Assembly: GCF_009914755.1 (NCBI RefSeq)
Contig: NC_060926.1
DNA: 64,000 nt
From: the human T2T-CHM13v2.0 reference genome, Homo sapiens
Direction: 5' to 3' (one strand)
The notes under the pieces are model-generated. The model did not search any database, was not told where the DNA came from, and worked only from the letters and a program-made list of their open reading frames with translations. Made by a program: the position numbers and the translations under genes. Within the stretch, counting starts at the first letter, position 1. Each line of letters begins with the position of its first letter. Of the stretch, positions 1-15,736 are shown piece by piece.

Positions 1-62
1 GATCACTCCAGCCTGGAGTGACAGAGTGAGACCCCCCTCTATAAAAAATAAATAAATAAAAA
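1..62 (+). mobile_element. Alu 3' end with A-rich tail
   Basis: cactccagcctgg..gacagagtgagacc followed by (TAAA)n. Confidence 0.85.
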
Positions 63-311
63 TTAAGAATACCATGCTTGATCTTGTATCTCCCTCTGGA
101 TTTGGCCATACAGAGTTGTCCATGGGAATCTAACTGAAAAAGGAAGAGGACTCCTATGGGAAATGGCAGTTCTTGGGAAATAAAGCTAGTTGAGAAAGAA
201 GTTGTCAGATGAGACAAATGTATTATTGTTTGATGGTGAAGGAAACAACCAACAAAGAATTAGATCTAATACATGAGTTCAGGAAGGTTGCTGGTCAACA
301 TATAAAAATTA

Positions 312-641
<330 letters not shown>

Positions 642-693
642 TCAAAAATGGTCATCAAAACCCATAAAGTATGTAGGAATTAGCCTAACCAAG

Positions 694-1087
694 TGTTATG
701 AGCTGAATTATGGTCCTGGTCCTCCAAATTTCATAGGTTGAACTCCTAACCCCCAATACCTCAGAATGTGACTATATTTGGAGGTAGAGTTTTTACAGAG
801 GCAATTAAGTTAATGTGGGGTCATTAGGGTGAGCCCTACTCCGATATGACTGGTGTCCTTATAAGAAGAAGTGACTAGGTACACAAGCACACACACAGAA
901 GACCATGTGAAGAATCAGGGAGGAGAAAGTCATTTACACCAAGGAGAGAGGTCTCAGAAGAAACCAACCCTGCCAACACCTTGACCTTGGACTTCCAGCC
1001 TCCAGAACTGTAAGAAAATAAATTTGTATTGTTTAAGCCACCCAGCCTGTGGTACTTTGTTATGGCAGTCCTAGCAAACTGATATAC
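694..1087 (+). mobile_element. MaLR solo LTR (MLT1B/C-like)
   Basis: tgttatgagctgaat...cctcagaatgtgactatatttggag...ttccagcctccagaactgtaagaaaataaattt...aaactgatata. Confidence 0.85.
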
Positions 1088-1669
1088 CAAAAATATACAA
1101 GACCTCTGTTGATGTAGGTTTGAAAACTCTCAGCAAGCTTCTTTTTCCTGTTTCTTGTCCTCCCTGCCTGTGCTATTTGGTCCTTAGCCATTAGATGGGG
1201 CAGAGCAAGGTGGCCTTCTGCTGGGCTTGGGGATGGGAGCTGGTGACAGAGTGAACCAAACAAGAAAAGGTAAAGGGTTGTAGAACAGCTGTGTTCTGTA
1301 TAGAGTGGGGTGGAAACCCAAGGAATCTATGTTATGGATGAGCTTTGGGGAATGGCTTCCTAGTTTCCTTTTAAATTTTCCTTGACTAAAATATAAAGGC
1401 ACTTATAGGTTGTATAATCCCCACTCCTTCCTTTCTTCTGGTGGCAATAATACAAGTGAAAGTGCATTTCTTCTGGCACCTACTTTCTCTTTGTTACAAG
1501 GCAGGGAGTCTTCTCATTCAATTTGGAGCTGTGTTCCTGTCACTCTAAACAAAGTAGATTGCTTTCCTTTCCTATAAGCAGGGGCCATCTGGTGAGGGGG
1601 CATTTGGCTTGAGCTTGGAGAATGAAGCAGCCACTCAGGCATCCTACCTTATGCTTGAAATGCCATTGT

Positions 1670-1935
1670 CAATGATAATGACTAATATTTATTGAGCACT
1701 TATTATGGTGTCAGCACTGTTTGAAGTATATCACATATATTACTTCATTGAGTCTGCCAACCATCCTATGAGATGTGGCACTATTAATATCAAACCTTTT
1801 TTAGAGATAAGGAAAACTAGATACAGAAAGGTTAAGTAGTTGGCCTAAGGTCTCTCACTGGCAGCTAGGGATGGAAGCAGGATTGGAACCTGGGAAGCCT
1901 GGCTCCCAGGTCTAGGCTGGTGTTTACTACACTGC
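1670..1935 (-). mobile_element. MIR SINE
   Basis: atttattgagcactt...gataaggaaaact...ggttaagtagttggcctaaggtc is the reverse MIR core. Confidence 0.8.
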
Positions 1936-3419
1936 ACTGTCCCTGGTATTTAGACCCTACACTGGGAATTTACTTCTCTAAATGTCTTTTTTTTTGTTCA
2001 GCCGTCTACACCGAGAAGTTGATAGGGAAATCCATTTTCAGTCATTCACACTGCCGTGTAAATTAGATTCTCAGATGATTTCATATCCACTTGAGAGTAG
2101 ATTACCAAGACACTAGAAGTTTTGATATTGAGGAGAATGTATTTCACACACGAAATTAACATTCACTGGGTGCCAACTGGGATTTGACAATTGTTGTTTT
2201 ATAGAACCCTCCCAAATGGCCCTGCAGGGTAAGAATTAATTACCTTCCTTTTATGTTAGAAGGAAATGGGTGTCTTAGAGGTTGGAGCCCAAATCTGGTC
2301 CCTGGGCATTCTCGATGGCTGCTTGAGGCCCTCTGACACTTGTGGCTGGCTGGGAAGACACAGAGGCTTCTGGAGGGGAGTGGCAGGATGCTAAGGCCAA
2401 ACGTCATAGTTTTGTGCAGTTCCAGGTCTAGGAAACAGCTGGTTTTATTTAGTGAAAATAATTGCTGCAGGCCAGTGTCTCCCTACCTCTCATGGACTTT
2501 TGTGGTAGGGTGGAAGATGGGTATGTAGCAATATGTTCTGTAACTGCAATTTAGTGCCACAGGCCTCCTGAATCCTCCACCTCCTAAGCAGGAGCATTTT
2601 AATAGTCGAGGACAGAGAAGAGAGAACTAGAGCTAATTTATAACTTTAAAATCTTGTATTACCTTTCCTACTTGCCTCCAGTCTTTCAAATACATATATC
2701 CCAAATGCATCAATTTCTATGCGTCTTGAATCTGGAATCTACAGCCCACCACCCCCTACACAGACCGTTCTTCGTTTTGTGAATTAACTTTATCTGCTGT
2801 GCATTTCAGCTTAGTCTGGAAACCTCTGCTTAGGATTGCCAGCTTCGGCTTTTTTCAGAGGTCTAAAGAAGAGGTGGTTCTGGCAGGTGTAAGCTCTCTG
2901 ATGTTTCAGCCTACAAATATGTGAACCGAAGTCATGTCGATTTGCATTTCTGGATTAGCAACAGATGGTAGTTATGAACTAACTGACTATCTGACAGAGA
3001 GGCCCCATTGGAAGCAGTATGGGAGCAGATCCAGGCTCTGCTGTGCAGTTATCAGTTGGTCTAACTCTTCTTTCAGAAAATATTCTCTCCGGAGGAGAGG
3101 CCTCAAATTGCAGATCCCCATCTAGGCATTGAAAAGGCAGCGTACAACCCTCCTTTTGTAGGCACCTCCCAAAATAACTTTCAGCAGGATATGGCTTGTT
3201 ATATTAGTTCTGTAATTTTATTTTCCAAATGATGCTTGTCTTTGAAGCTTGGCTAGGGGAACTGTAGCTAAGATTAAATGGGGTCCAATGTTTTGTGACA
3301 ATACTTCCTTAGATTTACATGACTTTTAAAAAATAGATTTTTTTTTTAATCTCTTAAAATCTGTGACAGAGAATATTGGGATTTTCCATCCTGCCATTTG
3401 TTTCCCATATTTGTTATAA

Positions 3420-3805
3420 GTAATGAGCACTTCTTATTTGTCAGGCCCTGCATTGGCGCTGGGGAAGACACAACAGTGCGCAGAAACCAACCAGCCTCTA
3501 ATTGCAAAAAACTTCACAGCCCAGTGAGGAGGCTGACATTAATCCAAGGATCACACAATGCAACTACAAAATGTGCTAAGGAGGCAAGCGTCTGGTGCTA
3601 GGAGAGTGTGTAATTTGATATAGTCTGAGAGGTCAGGGTATGGATGTGTAAGCCAATGAGGAGAACAGCCTGTGCAAAAGCCCTGGACTGTGTCTGGTAC
3701 CAGGACTTAGCCAGTTAGGGCGAGCAGAGCAAGGGAGGGGTGGGCGGTGGAGCTGAGACTGGAGAGGCAAGACGTGCCAGACCATGAGGCTTTTGCAACA
3801 TTTAG
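3420..3805 (-). mobile_element. L2 3' fragment
   Basis: tgagcacttcttatttgtcaggccctgc...tgtgcaaaagccctgg typical of reverse L2 3' region. Confidence 0.6.
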
Positions 3806-3875
3806 CCCCTAGGCCCCACCCACAAAGATTCCGATTCAACTGGGAGAGAGGGGGAGAGATATGGGTAGTTTTTTT

Positions 3876-4182
3876 GTTTTGTTGTGTTTTGAGACAGAGT
3901 CTCACTCTATCTCCCAGGCTAGAGTGCAGTGGTGTGATCTCGGCTCACTGCCACCTCTCTGCAACCTCCACCTCCCGGGTTCAAGCGATTCTCCTGCCTC
4001 AGCCTCCCAAGTAGCTGGGATTACAGGCATGTGCCACCACGCCCAGTTAATTTTATATTTTTAGTAGAGATGGGGTTTCTCCATGTTGGTCAGGCTGGTC
4101 TTGAACTCCTGACCTCAGGTGATCTGCCTGCCTCAGCCTCCCAAAGTGCTGGGATTACAGGTGTGAGTCACTGTGCCAGGCC
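3876..4182 (-). mobile_element. AluS
   Basis: Full-length dimer; TSD agatatgggtagtttttt at 3857 and 4183. Confidence 0.95.
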
Positions 4183-4480
4183 AGATATGGGTAGTTTTTT
4201 AAAGTTCCTGAGGTAAAGCATCCAGGGTTAAGAATCATTAGCCTGGACTTATTTGGTCCGTATTCTAAGAGCTGTGGGAAACCACTGAATTGTTTGTGGC
4301 AGGACAAACAATTCAGATGTACATCTTGTATCCTCAGGATGCCTGCACATATAGACACCGAAAATTACTAGGGTGGGCCCAGAAATCTGTATTACTCTGC
4401 TGCACGATAATATCAGAAGCACTGTCAACCTCAGCATTGTTTGATCAAACAGGAAGTACATAGATAAACCCCAAAAGTAG

Positions 4481-4864
<384 letters not shown>

Positions 4865-4873
4865 CAATTCTCT

Positions 4874-5188
4874 TTTTTTAAGACAAGTTCTTGCTCTGTG
4901 GCCCATGCTATAGTGCAGTGGCGCAGTGAACTGTGGTTGTGCCATTGCTCTACAGCCTCGACTTCCTAGGCTCAAGTGATCCTTCCACCTCGGCCTTCTG
5001 AGTAGTTGGGACTACAGGTGCATGCCACCATGCCTGGATAATTTTTTAATTTTATTTATTTATTTTTTTGTAGAGATGGATTCCCACTATATTTCTCAGG
5101 GTGGTATTGAACTCCTGGGCTCAAGTGATCCTTTCGCCTTGGCTTCCCAAAATGTCAGGATTATAGGTGTGAGCCACTGTGCCCAGCC
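4874..5188 (-). mobile_element. AluJ
   Basis: Diverged dimer with J-type gaactcctgggctcaagtgatcc. Confidence 0.9.
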
Positions 5189-6429
5189 TTCAATTTTTTT
5201 TTTTTTTTGCTTTATCTTTCTACTATTACTTCCAATCTTCCCATTCTTGCTCAGACCCTCTACTTGGAGTGGTAAAGAAGGCCTGGTTGTGTGCTCCTTA
5301 CTACACCCTGTGGCTTCAAAACTTGGAAGACTTGTTTTATACTGAGGCAGTTTCCAAAAAGCACTACTTTCAGCAACAGCATCACTTCATATTTACTGTG
5401 CACAATGGGCAGAGTAAATGAAAGAAATTACTTTAATACATGAGTGAGCCAGAATATGTATGTATAGGCCCATGAACAAGAAGATAGCATTAATACTTGA
5501 GAAAGTGTCTTTTAGGAAGGATGTATTCAGGATTTTCTCTCCTTACACTGCCAGATTCCCAGAGACCAGACCTAACACCTACCTCCACATCACTCATTTA
5601 TTCAAATTCCTGAAACATCAATGATTCCAAAGTAAATTAACCAGGCATTTTGGTGGTCTCTGCAATATTGGACACTTTAGTTAGGATTCTTTGCATCTTC
5701 AGAGCACTAGTTACACAGACACTGTAAACTCTCTAGGGTGATAAGGAGGAACAAAGGGCACCGAATGCTTTCTTCTTTGTGTGGATACGGAAACTGAGTG
5801 GTTAAGTGACTTCCTTAGATGACTTTTTAGAAGGGGCATCGGAGTGGAGAAGGGAAGTCAGGGACTCTGGGCTTCAACACACGGCTCCGGCCATTTGGCC
5901 TGATAAGCATTCATCTTTAAAGACCTGAAGATGGTGAACTTTTTTGAATGACTTGTCAGACAGATGGAGTGATGGCTTCCAGCCATGGAACTCACTTATC
6001 GTGGATGTCTGTCAGGGTTAAAAGTTCTATTTGCAGGCCTCTCCCATCAGGTTGTTTTTTTGTGTGTGTTCTATCCCCCACTAGTATGGATCCTAACTGG
6101 CTTGGTTGGCTTGGATAATGGCATTCATCTTCTGCTCCCTGGGGCATCAGATCACAGAGGGGTAAAGGTGTGGGCACTATGCCAGAGCATAAGCTCAGGA
6201 ATAGTGCTAGCTAAGAGCAATTTCTGTTGACTTATCTAGAAATCACGCCCTAGCATCCATTAGGATGCCAGTGTATTTTTCTAGGGCAGCAAATTGACCA
6301 AATAACCATACAAACCTGCTTCCTCCCTGTTTCCATTTTCTTGCAATGTTGTTTTTCCATCCACTAGGGATGAATGAAATATCCTCTCAAGTAGATCTCT
6401 AAATAAATAAAAATAGAATAGGAAATCCA

Positions 6430-6655
6430 TGTAGTGCTTACTCTGTGCCAAGATCTCTTCAAAGTGCCTTACATACATTCTTAACTCATTTAATCCTTAC
6501 AATTGCCCCTCTGAGATGGGTACCATTACTATCCCTGTTTTACAGACGGAGGCACAGAGAAGTTAAATTATTTGTTCAGGATCACACAACTAGTAAGCAA
6601 TATAGCTGAAATTTGGATCTAGGCAGTTTGATTCCAGACTTGGTGTTCCCAGTTA
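6430..6655 (-). mobile_element. MIR SINE
   Basis: aactcatttaatccttacaa...ttttacagacggaggcacagagaagttaa. Confidence 0.8.
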
Positions 6656-7060
6656 CTTCCCTAATTATCCTCTTTATAAAGGGTAAATTAAACTGAAATT
6701 TCATTGGGCTGATCAATGCGGAACTGTAAAAAAATAAATGAATAAATACACTGAGATTCCAATCTTAACTTCGCTATACATATATCTACAACAGGTTATC
6801 ATACTGACCACAGCAAAAAATTCATTTGGATGTTTCTAGTGCAACTAGAAAGTGCACTGCTTGAGGGCAGGGGCCTCTAAGTCCTCCTTGTAGACCTAAT
6901 ACCTTACATATAGTAAAAGCTCACTAAGTATCCCTTGAATGTTATGCAAAAGCATTTGGAAAACTGTGAAATACTGTGAAATATTACTACACATGTTTAC
7001 ATATACCTATATCTCTAAGCCAAGCAGGACTACCTATAATTAGTATCTCTACCATTTCCT

Positions 7061-7095
7061 CCCCCCCCCCCCCCCCCCCGCTCTCTCTCTCTCTC
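7061..7095. repeat. Poly-C (19 nt) plus (CT)n
   Basis: C19, G, then ctctctctctctctc. Confidence 0.9.
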
Positions 7096-7102
7096 ATGCA
7101 TG

Positions 7103-7483
<381 letters not shown>

Positions 7484-7825
7484 TAGTTGCCCCTTATGGC
7501 AGCTGTATGTAGCAGAATATACCCAGCAATAGTGGCGGGCAAGTCTCAATTTGCTGATGTACTCCCCTCTGCCCTTCCTTCCTCCCCTTTCTCAACAGCT
7601 TGGAATAGTCCATGCTTTGAAAAAAAAAAATTTAACTTAAAAATTATTTTCAGTGATTACAAAACAGTTAAATCACTTTAAAACAACCCCACTGTCATTA
7701 CTGCATTAATTGGCAATGATTTGAAATATAAGGAATACAGAACTTTCAAGCATTTAAGAAAGGGACTCTCTTATCAACATGATTTCTCTTCAAACTTATG
7801 TTTCAAATGGAATTCCAGTCTTTAT

Positions 7826-8123
7826 TTATTTATTTATTTTTTGAGACCAAGTCTCACTCTGTCACCCTGGCCAGAGTGCAGTGATGCAATCTCGGCTCAT
7901 TGCAACTTCCGCCTCCCATGTTCAAGCAATCCTTGTGCCTCAGACTATTGAGTAGCTAGGATTACAGGTGTGTGTCACCACGACTGGCTAATTTTTGTAT
8001 TTTTAGTAGAGATGGGGTTTTGCTATGTTGGCCAGCTGGTCTTGAGCTCCTGGCCTCAAGTGATCCACCCGCCTCAGCCTCCCATAGTGCTGGGATTATA
8101 GGTGTGAGCCACCGTGCTTGGCT
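7826..8123 (-). mobile_element. AluS/J
   Basis: Full dimer; TSD ggaattccagt(c/a)tttat at 7809 and 8124. Confidence 0.95.
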
Positions 8124-8153
8124 GGAATTCCAGTATTTATAAAATTAATTTTA

Positions 8154-8345
<192 letters not shown>

Positions 8346-8605
8346 TTATGCAGCCATTTGTAAGTGGATCAACCCACTTGAGAAGGAACCAGATTTTTGC
8401 TAGTACGTGGTGTATGTATGACCATGAGCCTCATGTTTGTATTGTCCAGGATGATCATTATAACCAGCCATCTCTTACATCAGTTAACAGTGCCCCCACT
8501 GAAAACTTGGCTCTTAGGGCTCTGGCCCCAGACCTTAGAAGGAACTGACCTCAACCCTGTGAAGCTGTGAGAGCCAGGAAGTTACCTGAGCAGGATGGTG
8601 GGTGG

Positions 8606-8952
8606 TTCCATGGCCTGAATGTCTTTGTCCCCCAACCCCAACATTTATATGTTGAAATCCTAATCCCCATGTTAATGGTTAGGAGGTGAGGCCTCTGGGA
8701 GATGATCAGGTCATGAGAGTGGAATCCTCATGAATGGGATTAGTGCCCTTGTAAAGAGACCCCAGAGGGCTAGGCTTACCCCTTCTACCATGTGAGGATG
8801 CAGAGAGAACAGGAAATGGACCCTCACCAGAATCTTCTGGTACCTTGATCCTGGACTTCCTGGCCTCCAGAACTGTGAGAAATAAATTTCAGGTGTTTAT
8901 AAGCCACCTGGTCCATGTTATTTTCCTATGGCTGTCCAAACAAACTAATACA
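8606..8952 (+). mobile_element. MaLR solo LTR (MLT1A-like)
   Basis: tggcctgaatgtctttgtccccc...catgaatgggattagtgccctt...cctccagaactgtgagaaataaatttc...aaactaataca. Confidence 0.85.
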
Positions 8953-9218
8953 AGTGGGCTCCAGGATTAAACTTCATCTGCTCTATGCTGCCTGCTTCAT
9001 GCCCCCAGAGATAACAGTGGCACCATCCCGAGGCTATTGGAGAGCTGTGAGAAATGGAACACAGCCAGCAACAGGGGAGACAAGCACAGACAGGTAGGCC
9101 TGACACCTTTCAGACTTGGAAGTGTCAGCCAGCAGAGACCAACATCTTCTCAGCTAAAAGGTCAAACTTGCTCCAGAAAGCTTGAAGACTTCCCAGGTAT
9201 GATCTTAAGACTTCATCT

Positions 9219-9503
9219 GGCTGGGCACGGTGGCTCATGCCAGTAATCTTAACACTTTGGGAGGCCGAGGCAGGAGGACTGCTTGAGGCCAGAAGTTCAA
9301 GACCAGCCTGGGCAACATAGCAAGACCCCATCTCTACAAAAAATTAAATTAGCCAGATGTGTGCGTGCCTATAGTTTTAGCTACTGGGGATGCTGAGGCA
9401 GGAGGATCACTTCAGCCCAGCAGGTGAAGGTTCCAGTGAACTAGGGTTGTACCACTGCACTCCAGCCTGGGTGATAGAGTGACACCCTGTCTAAAAAAAA
9501 AAA
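9219..9503 (+). mobile_element. AluJ
   Basis: Dimer; TSD aagacttcat at 9207 and 9502. Confidence 0.9.
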
Positions 9504-10244
9504 GACTTCATTCCAGCTGTGTCTGTCTCATCCATACCCTGCCTCTGATTTCCCCTTGCTCATTAACTACAGACAACCACATTAGTCTGTGCCTCTCTGA
9601 TTTTTGCCTGCTTGTTTGTGACAGTTTTGGGTCAGCCCTGAGGCTTCCACTCAGAGATCTTTAGTCCTCTGCCCATGCCTTTTGCTCCAATGTATATACC
9701 ATCACGATTTTACATTTACATAGGCTAATTTATGACAGCCAGTACTTATGTAGCATTTACTTTGTGTCAGGCACTTTTGTAAGCACAAAATTATGTTTAC
9801 TTAGAACAGAGGAAAGTCATGTTTCCTTAGACCAGTACACCAATCCTGGACAGCTTGTTAATTACAGAAATCCCAGAGTTTCTGATTTAATAGGTCTGGA
9901 GTGGTGCTTAAGAATTTGTGTTTATAACAGTGTTGATGCTTCTGGTCCAGGCACCATACTTTGAGAACCTGTGTTACAGAATGTCAGATAACCTGTAGGT
10001 GGGCTTGTTAGAAAATGCTCTTGTATGACATTGGAAAGGCATGCAGTAATCTTTTTGCTTTACTTTCAACTTGGATGGTTTTCCTTAACAAAGGAAAAGC
10101 TGAACTGAACTATTCATTACAGTTCTCTTTCAAGGGTTGGATATTGATAGATCATAGCACTCTGGAACTGGAATATCAGGTGTTTCTTAGGGACTTCAGC
10201 AGTTGGACTTTAGAGTGGAGGGAGAGGCTAGGGAAATGCACCAC

Positions 10245-10380
10245 CATAGGTGAGTACCTGCTGTGTGTCAGGCACTGTATTGGGCACTTGGCTGCCATAA
10301 TTATCTCATGGAGTCAATCACCCAGTGGTGTTGGTATTATTCTCCCATTTTGCAGATGAGGAAACCATGACCGTGGCTTA
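10245..10380 (-). mobile_element. MIR fragment
   Basis: attattctcccattttgcagatgaggaaac core. Confidence 0.75.
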
Positions 10381-12179
10381 GAGGGCAGAGGGTCTCCAGC
10401 AGAGCTTCCCAACTGGTATGTTGGAATGCGTAATGAATGTATGCTGAGCTATTGATCTCAGTGCTAGTGGTGCTGGGATGGGGCCCAAGGTGCCTGGAGC
10501 ACCCTGCCCCTGTCAGTTTACCCCCAGGGTACTCTGGCCACAGGACAGACCCTCAGTGAGCTCAGGTCCAGGGGTAGACACTGCTCCTCCATCCTCTGAC
10601 ACTCACAGCTCTGTGAGTGAGGGGCAGGACTCAAGGAGTCCTCGGGAGCCTGCTCATGGTCACAGGCAGTGTTCCTGGAGGTGGAAGACACTCAGGATTA
10701 AGGCTGAGGGGCTACACTGGCAAAAACCTCCTGGGTACCTTTGGGGAAAGCAGACTCCCTTTCAGTTATGGAAACAAAAGTTCTCTGATGATGCTTATGC
10801 ACCACACCTTAGGCTACAGCTAAGACAAGGCAAAACAGGACCCTCAGTCATTCCAGCTCCATAAAGCTGCCTCTCAGTGAGGACGAAAGGTTATCAGACT
10901 TTGTCCTTGGTGAACTGTGACAGAAGTGAAGATTTATGACCCATACTTTAATAGTTTCTTGATTGGATGATTAGAGCTCCCTATATCTTTATCTGCTAGC
11001 TAAGTAGTTTGGTGTCTGCACAAGGCCCAAATGCTGTAGTCAGACTCCTGGAGAGTCAATGGCCATATATGTTGGGGGAAAGCTTAAGTAACTCAATTGA
11101 CTTTCAGTTGTTGAAAGCATTGATTTTTTTTAATTGCACTTATGGCTTAAGACCCAAAATAGCTTTGGACGATAGAGCAGAGGTTGCACTATTAGTTCTG
11201 TAGTCAATTCTTGACATATTCTGCCCTCTAAAAGGGCCAGTTACTACATCGGTTACTATATTAGGAGCTTCCAGTTCAGGCCTAAGATTTTCATTGATAT
11301 GACTTAAGGACAATTGATGCTTAGATTCTTCCATTGAGAAGGTAACTTCAGGAGATTCTCATGTCTCCACCAAGGTTTCAGGAGATACTCTGCACAAATA
11401 AGACATGACTGGGGAGGTTTGCAGCCTCTTCTGTTTTGAATGTGATCTGTGATCTGCTGGCCTTTTCTGTTTCCCTAGGGACTTTTGCTCTCAGAAACTT
11501 TCTACCAGCTTGTGCTGTGGGGAAAGGAAGGCATTTTCCAGGGAGACCAGTCATTCTTCATGTTTGTATAGTGCTTTCCAGTCTTTAGTGTTACAGAGAA
11601 CATTAAAATATTTTAGGCTAATCCTGCTTTTAAAAATGAAGAATTGAGGTCTAAGGAGGCTAAGTGATTATCTGAAATGTCACAACAAGAGGCAGGGCCC
11701 ATGATTATAAATCCAGGGTTCTTGCCAGGATGCAAGACTAATCTATTTATGGGTAGGGGATACAGGCTCCACTAGGTCCATTGAGAGACGCTCTTATTAA
11801 GTTTATACAGGTATGTTACTTCTCTGCTATCTTCATGTGTAGGATTGGGGTGGGGAGACAAGGTCACACTCAAATGAGAGTGTGGGAGAACAACCACAGC
11901 TCCCCTGCCTCTCCTGTGGCAGGTCCGAGAAGGCTATGGAGAGGTGCTCCTTTTCCCATCATCTCCCCAATTTGGAAAGGAGTTCAGGAAACCAAAGCTA
12001 ATGGAATCAATGTTAAATAGATTCGCTCTTTCATTGGCTTAAGTGGTCCAGCTGAAGAAATGTTTGGGAACAAGATACCAGAGAGGCAAGGTACTTACAC
12101 AATTAAAATATAAAGAATTTAAAGACTGTGACTGAGTGGTCTTTTTGAGGTGACTCTTAAATGAAGGGCAGCCATATGT

Positions 12180-12607
12180 ACTGACAAGGTAAAACCAGAG
12201 CTAGACAGTAATTGAAGTGGTAAAAACAGGTTTCTGTTTATGACCATCTCACTAGGGGAAAAGAGATCACAGTGTAGAACTGGATTCACTTCTGAATACA
12301 GTGTGGGCAAGTGGGAATTTATAGCCAGGAGCAGGGTGGGGGTTGGCGGGTGGGATAAGGGAGACTCTAGCTTAACAGGATTTTTGCTGAAGACAGGGCA
12401 GGGTGATCACACATCACCTGGGGATGGTGGAGGATGAGGAACCTAATCAGATATGGAGAGGGATCAGATATGGAGGGTGGGGGATTCTGGCTAAACCAAT
12501 TTAGCCGGGTTCTTGCTAAACTTGTCTTTACAAGGAAGTGTACAGATAAATGTAGGAGAAGATTCAGGAGCCTGACTAAAGTTTGGTCAAACAAAGCATC
12601 TTTGTCA
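12180..12607 (-). mobile_element. ERV1-class solo LTR (MER31/MER67-like)
   Basis: Reverse complement starts tgacaaagatgctttgtttgaccaaactttagtcaggctcctg, characteristic of this LTR group. Confidence 0.7.
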
Positions 12608-13319
12608 GATCAAATCTGGGAAAGCAAGAATTTAAAGGCTGGCCGGCATTCGTTTTGACCCAAACACATAGGCCATAGTACTAGCACTGATTACATAGAT
12701 CAACCCTGGAGAAGAAAGGAGAGCATTTAATAGCTTCCCGTGAATGAGTTCTGTAAGGGTTTACAGAACATGTACTGTGTGTTCCAGGTGTGGATGTACA
12801 GACATGAATGAGGCCTCATGGCCCAGTCTCTATGAGTTCTCAGTGCAACAAAGAGATGAGAACATGTGAGCTGGAGGGGAGGTGGTAGCAGGGTGAGAGC
12901 TGGTACTGTGAGCTCAGTGGGGGTTGAGAGTGAGTAGGGCTGTCCCCTGGGGCAGGGCAACAGTGATCTCATTACATCTGCAGCCCACAGGGCTCAGTTC
13001 TGCTGTGGTCTCAGAGGGATCACCCTATAGCATCTCTTGGATTCACTCTTCCCTGTAAATGGATGTCAGGTTCATAAAGGCACTCAGTTGGGTTACATGA
13101 GTCAGTAGGCTTTACCCCATACCCCCTCCCATGCTCAGAATCTAAGACATTGTTTTAGATATCACATTTTCAGCCAAATGTCAATATGCCTGGTCTGACA
13201 TCTGAAGATAATTTGAAATCAATGGCAATAATTTTCCCATCCTTGGAAGTATGGTTTTAGCCATTGTTACCTAAAAGGTCTTGCTTAAATCAACCTCCAT
13301 CCAAAGTCTCTTTAATAAG

Positions 13320-13540
13320 AAAAGCAGCTGACATTTTTTGATCACTTACTCTGTGACAGGCATTATATATGCATTAGCTCATTTAATCTTCCCAACATCC
13401 CTATGGATAAGTCCTATTATTACCCCCGTTTTACAGGTAAGTAACTGAGGCTAAGAGGATATATGAGTAGCTGAAAATCACACAAGGGGGAGGTGCTGAG
13501 TGGGAATTTGTAACTCCTGAGCCCATGCTTTGAGTTCAAG
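13320..13540 (-). mobile_element. MIR SINE
   Basis: ctcatttaatcttcccaac...ttttacaggtaagtaactgaggct. Confidence 0.75.
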
Positions 13541-13828
13541 CTGCTTATCACCACATTAAACTGGGTCTTTACCTGAAATAATGCAACACCCAAAGCAACT
13601 TCATGTTTCAGGGATTCTCAGAGGAGTAGAAGGGGCTTCTCAGCCTTGCAGAAGGGTGAAGCTTGGAGGGAATTATGCTTACCATAATGTTTATTATATA
13701 CTTTATAGTTTGAAAATGATAATAATAAAGATTCTCATACAGTCTTCGTGAAGGGAAGGCACACATCCATAATGTCCGAGGTGGGAGAAGCCACAGGCCA
13801 ATTGTAGTACATCCCTGGGTGTCATTAA

Positions 13829-14329
<501 letters not shown>

Positions 14330-14454
14330 ATGTTATAGCTCTTAAAGGTGGCACGGACCCAAAGAGTGAGCAGCAGCAAGATTTATTGTGAAGAGCGAAA
14401 GAACAAAGCTTCCACAGCGTAGAAAAGGAACACAGCGGGTTGCCGATGCTGGCT

Positions 14455-14947
<493 letters not shown>

Positions 14948-15568
14948 TGATCTGCCCACCTCGGCCTCCCAAAGTGCTGGGATTACAGGCGTGAGCCACC
15001 GCGCCCAGCCCTTTGTCTATATTTTAAAAGATATAGATCGAACTTCAAATAATTTTGATGCCCGTTTTGGGGCCTTTTCAGGCTCTGCCTCAGACATCTC
15101 TCTTGCTTGCTTTTGGGGAGAGCCCTTTCTGAGTTTAATGGCTTCAGTAACTGGAAAGGGGGTCAGCTTATTTCCCTCGAGATGTAAATGAAGCCCTTGA
15201 GACCTGGACACCTACATTGGCCCATTTCGAGGTGGTTGTTTTTTAGGACTCCTTTGTCTAATGATAGTGGGAAGGTTTTAGACCACCCGGAGAAGGCAGG
15301 TGGGAGGGGATTGGTCTCCAGAAACCATCTAGAAAGAGGGCCCCACCCTCCTGTGATCCTTTCTAAGAAGACTGGCAAGGCTGAAGAATCCTGGTCGCTT
15401 CCTCTTGTATGTTGTTTGCTTATCTCCTTTCCATTTCCTTTAGAGATTAGCGGTAAAACACAAGCAAGCACTTTTGAGAAACAGGCTGACCTAATACCAT
15501 TATTTATTTTCCTCGGATCTGACATCCAGAGAGATGGTGCTAGTCCTCACAGGCACATAGAAAATTAG

Positions 15569-15736
15569 GATGTAGGCTCATACCTGTAATCCCAGCACTT
15601 GGAAGGCTGAGGCAAGAGGATGAGTTGAGGCCAGGAACTTAAGGATGCAGTGAGCTATGATGGAGCCACTGCATTCCAGCCTGGGTGACAGAGCAAGAAT
15701 CCATCTCTAAAAAAAAAAAAAAAGAAAAGAAAAGAA
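15569..15736 (+). mobile_element. FRAM/FAM-like free Alu monomer
   Basis: Single monomer with right-arm 3' end; TSD agaaaattag at 15559 and 15737. Confidence 0.8.

Noticed and set aside
1581-1597. CTCF-like motif (minus strand CACCAGATGGC)
   Set aside because: Only a partial core match; not supportable without a PWM score or ChIP data.
10015-10864. 114-aa and 128-aa ORFs
   Set aside because: No recognisable homology; overlap MIR and old repeat remnants; lengths expected by chance.
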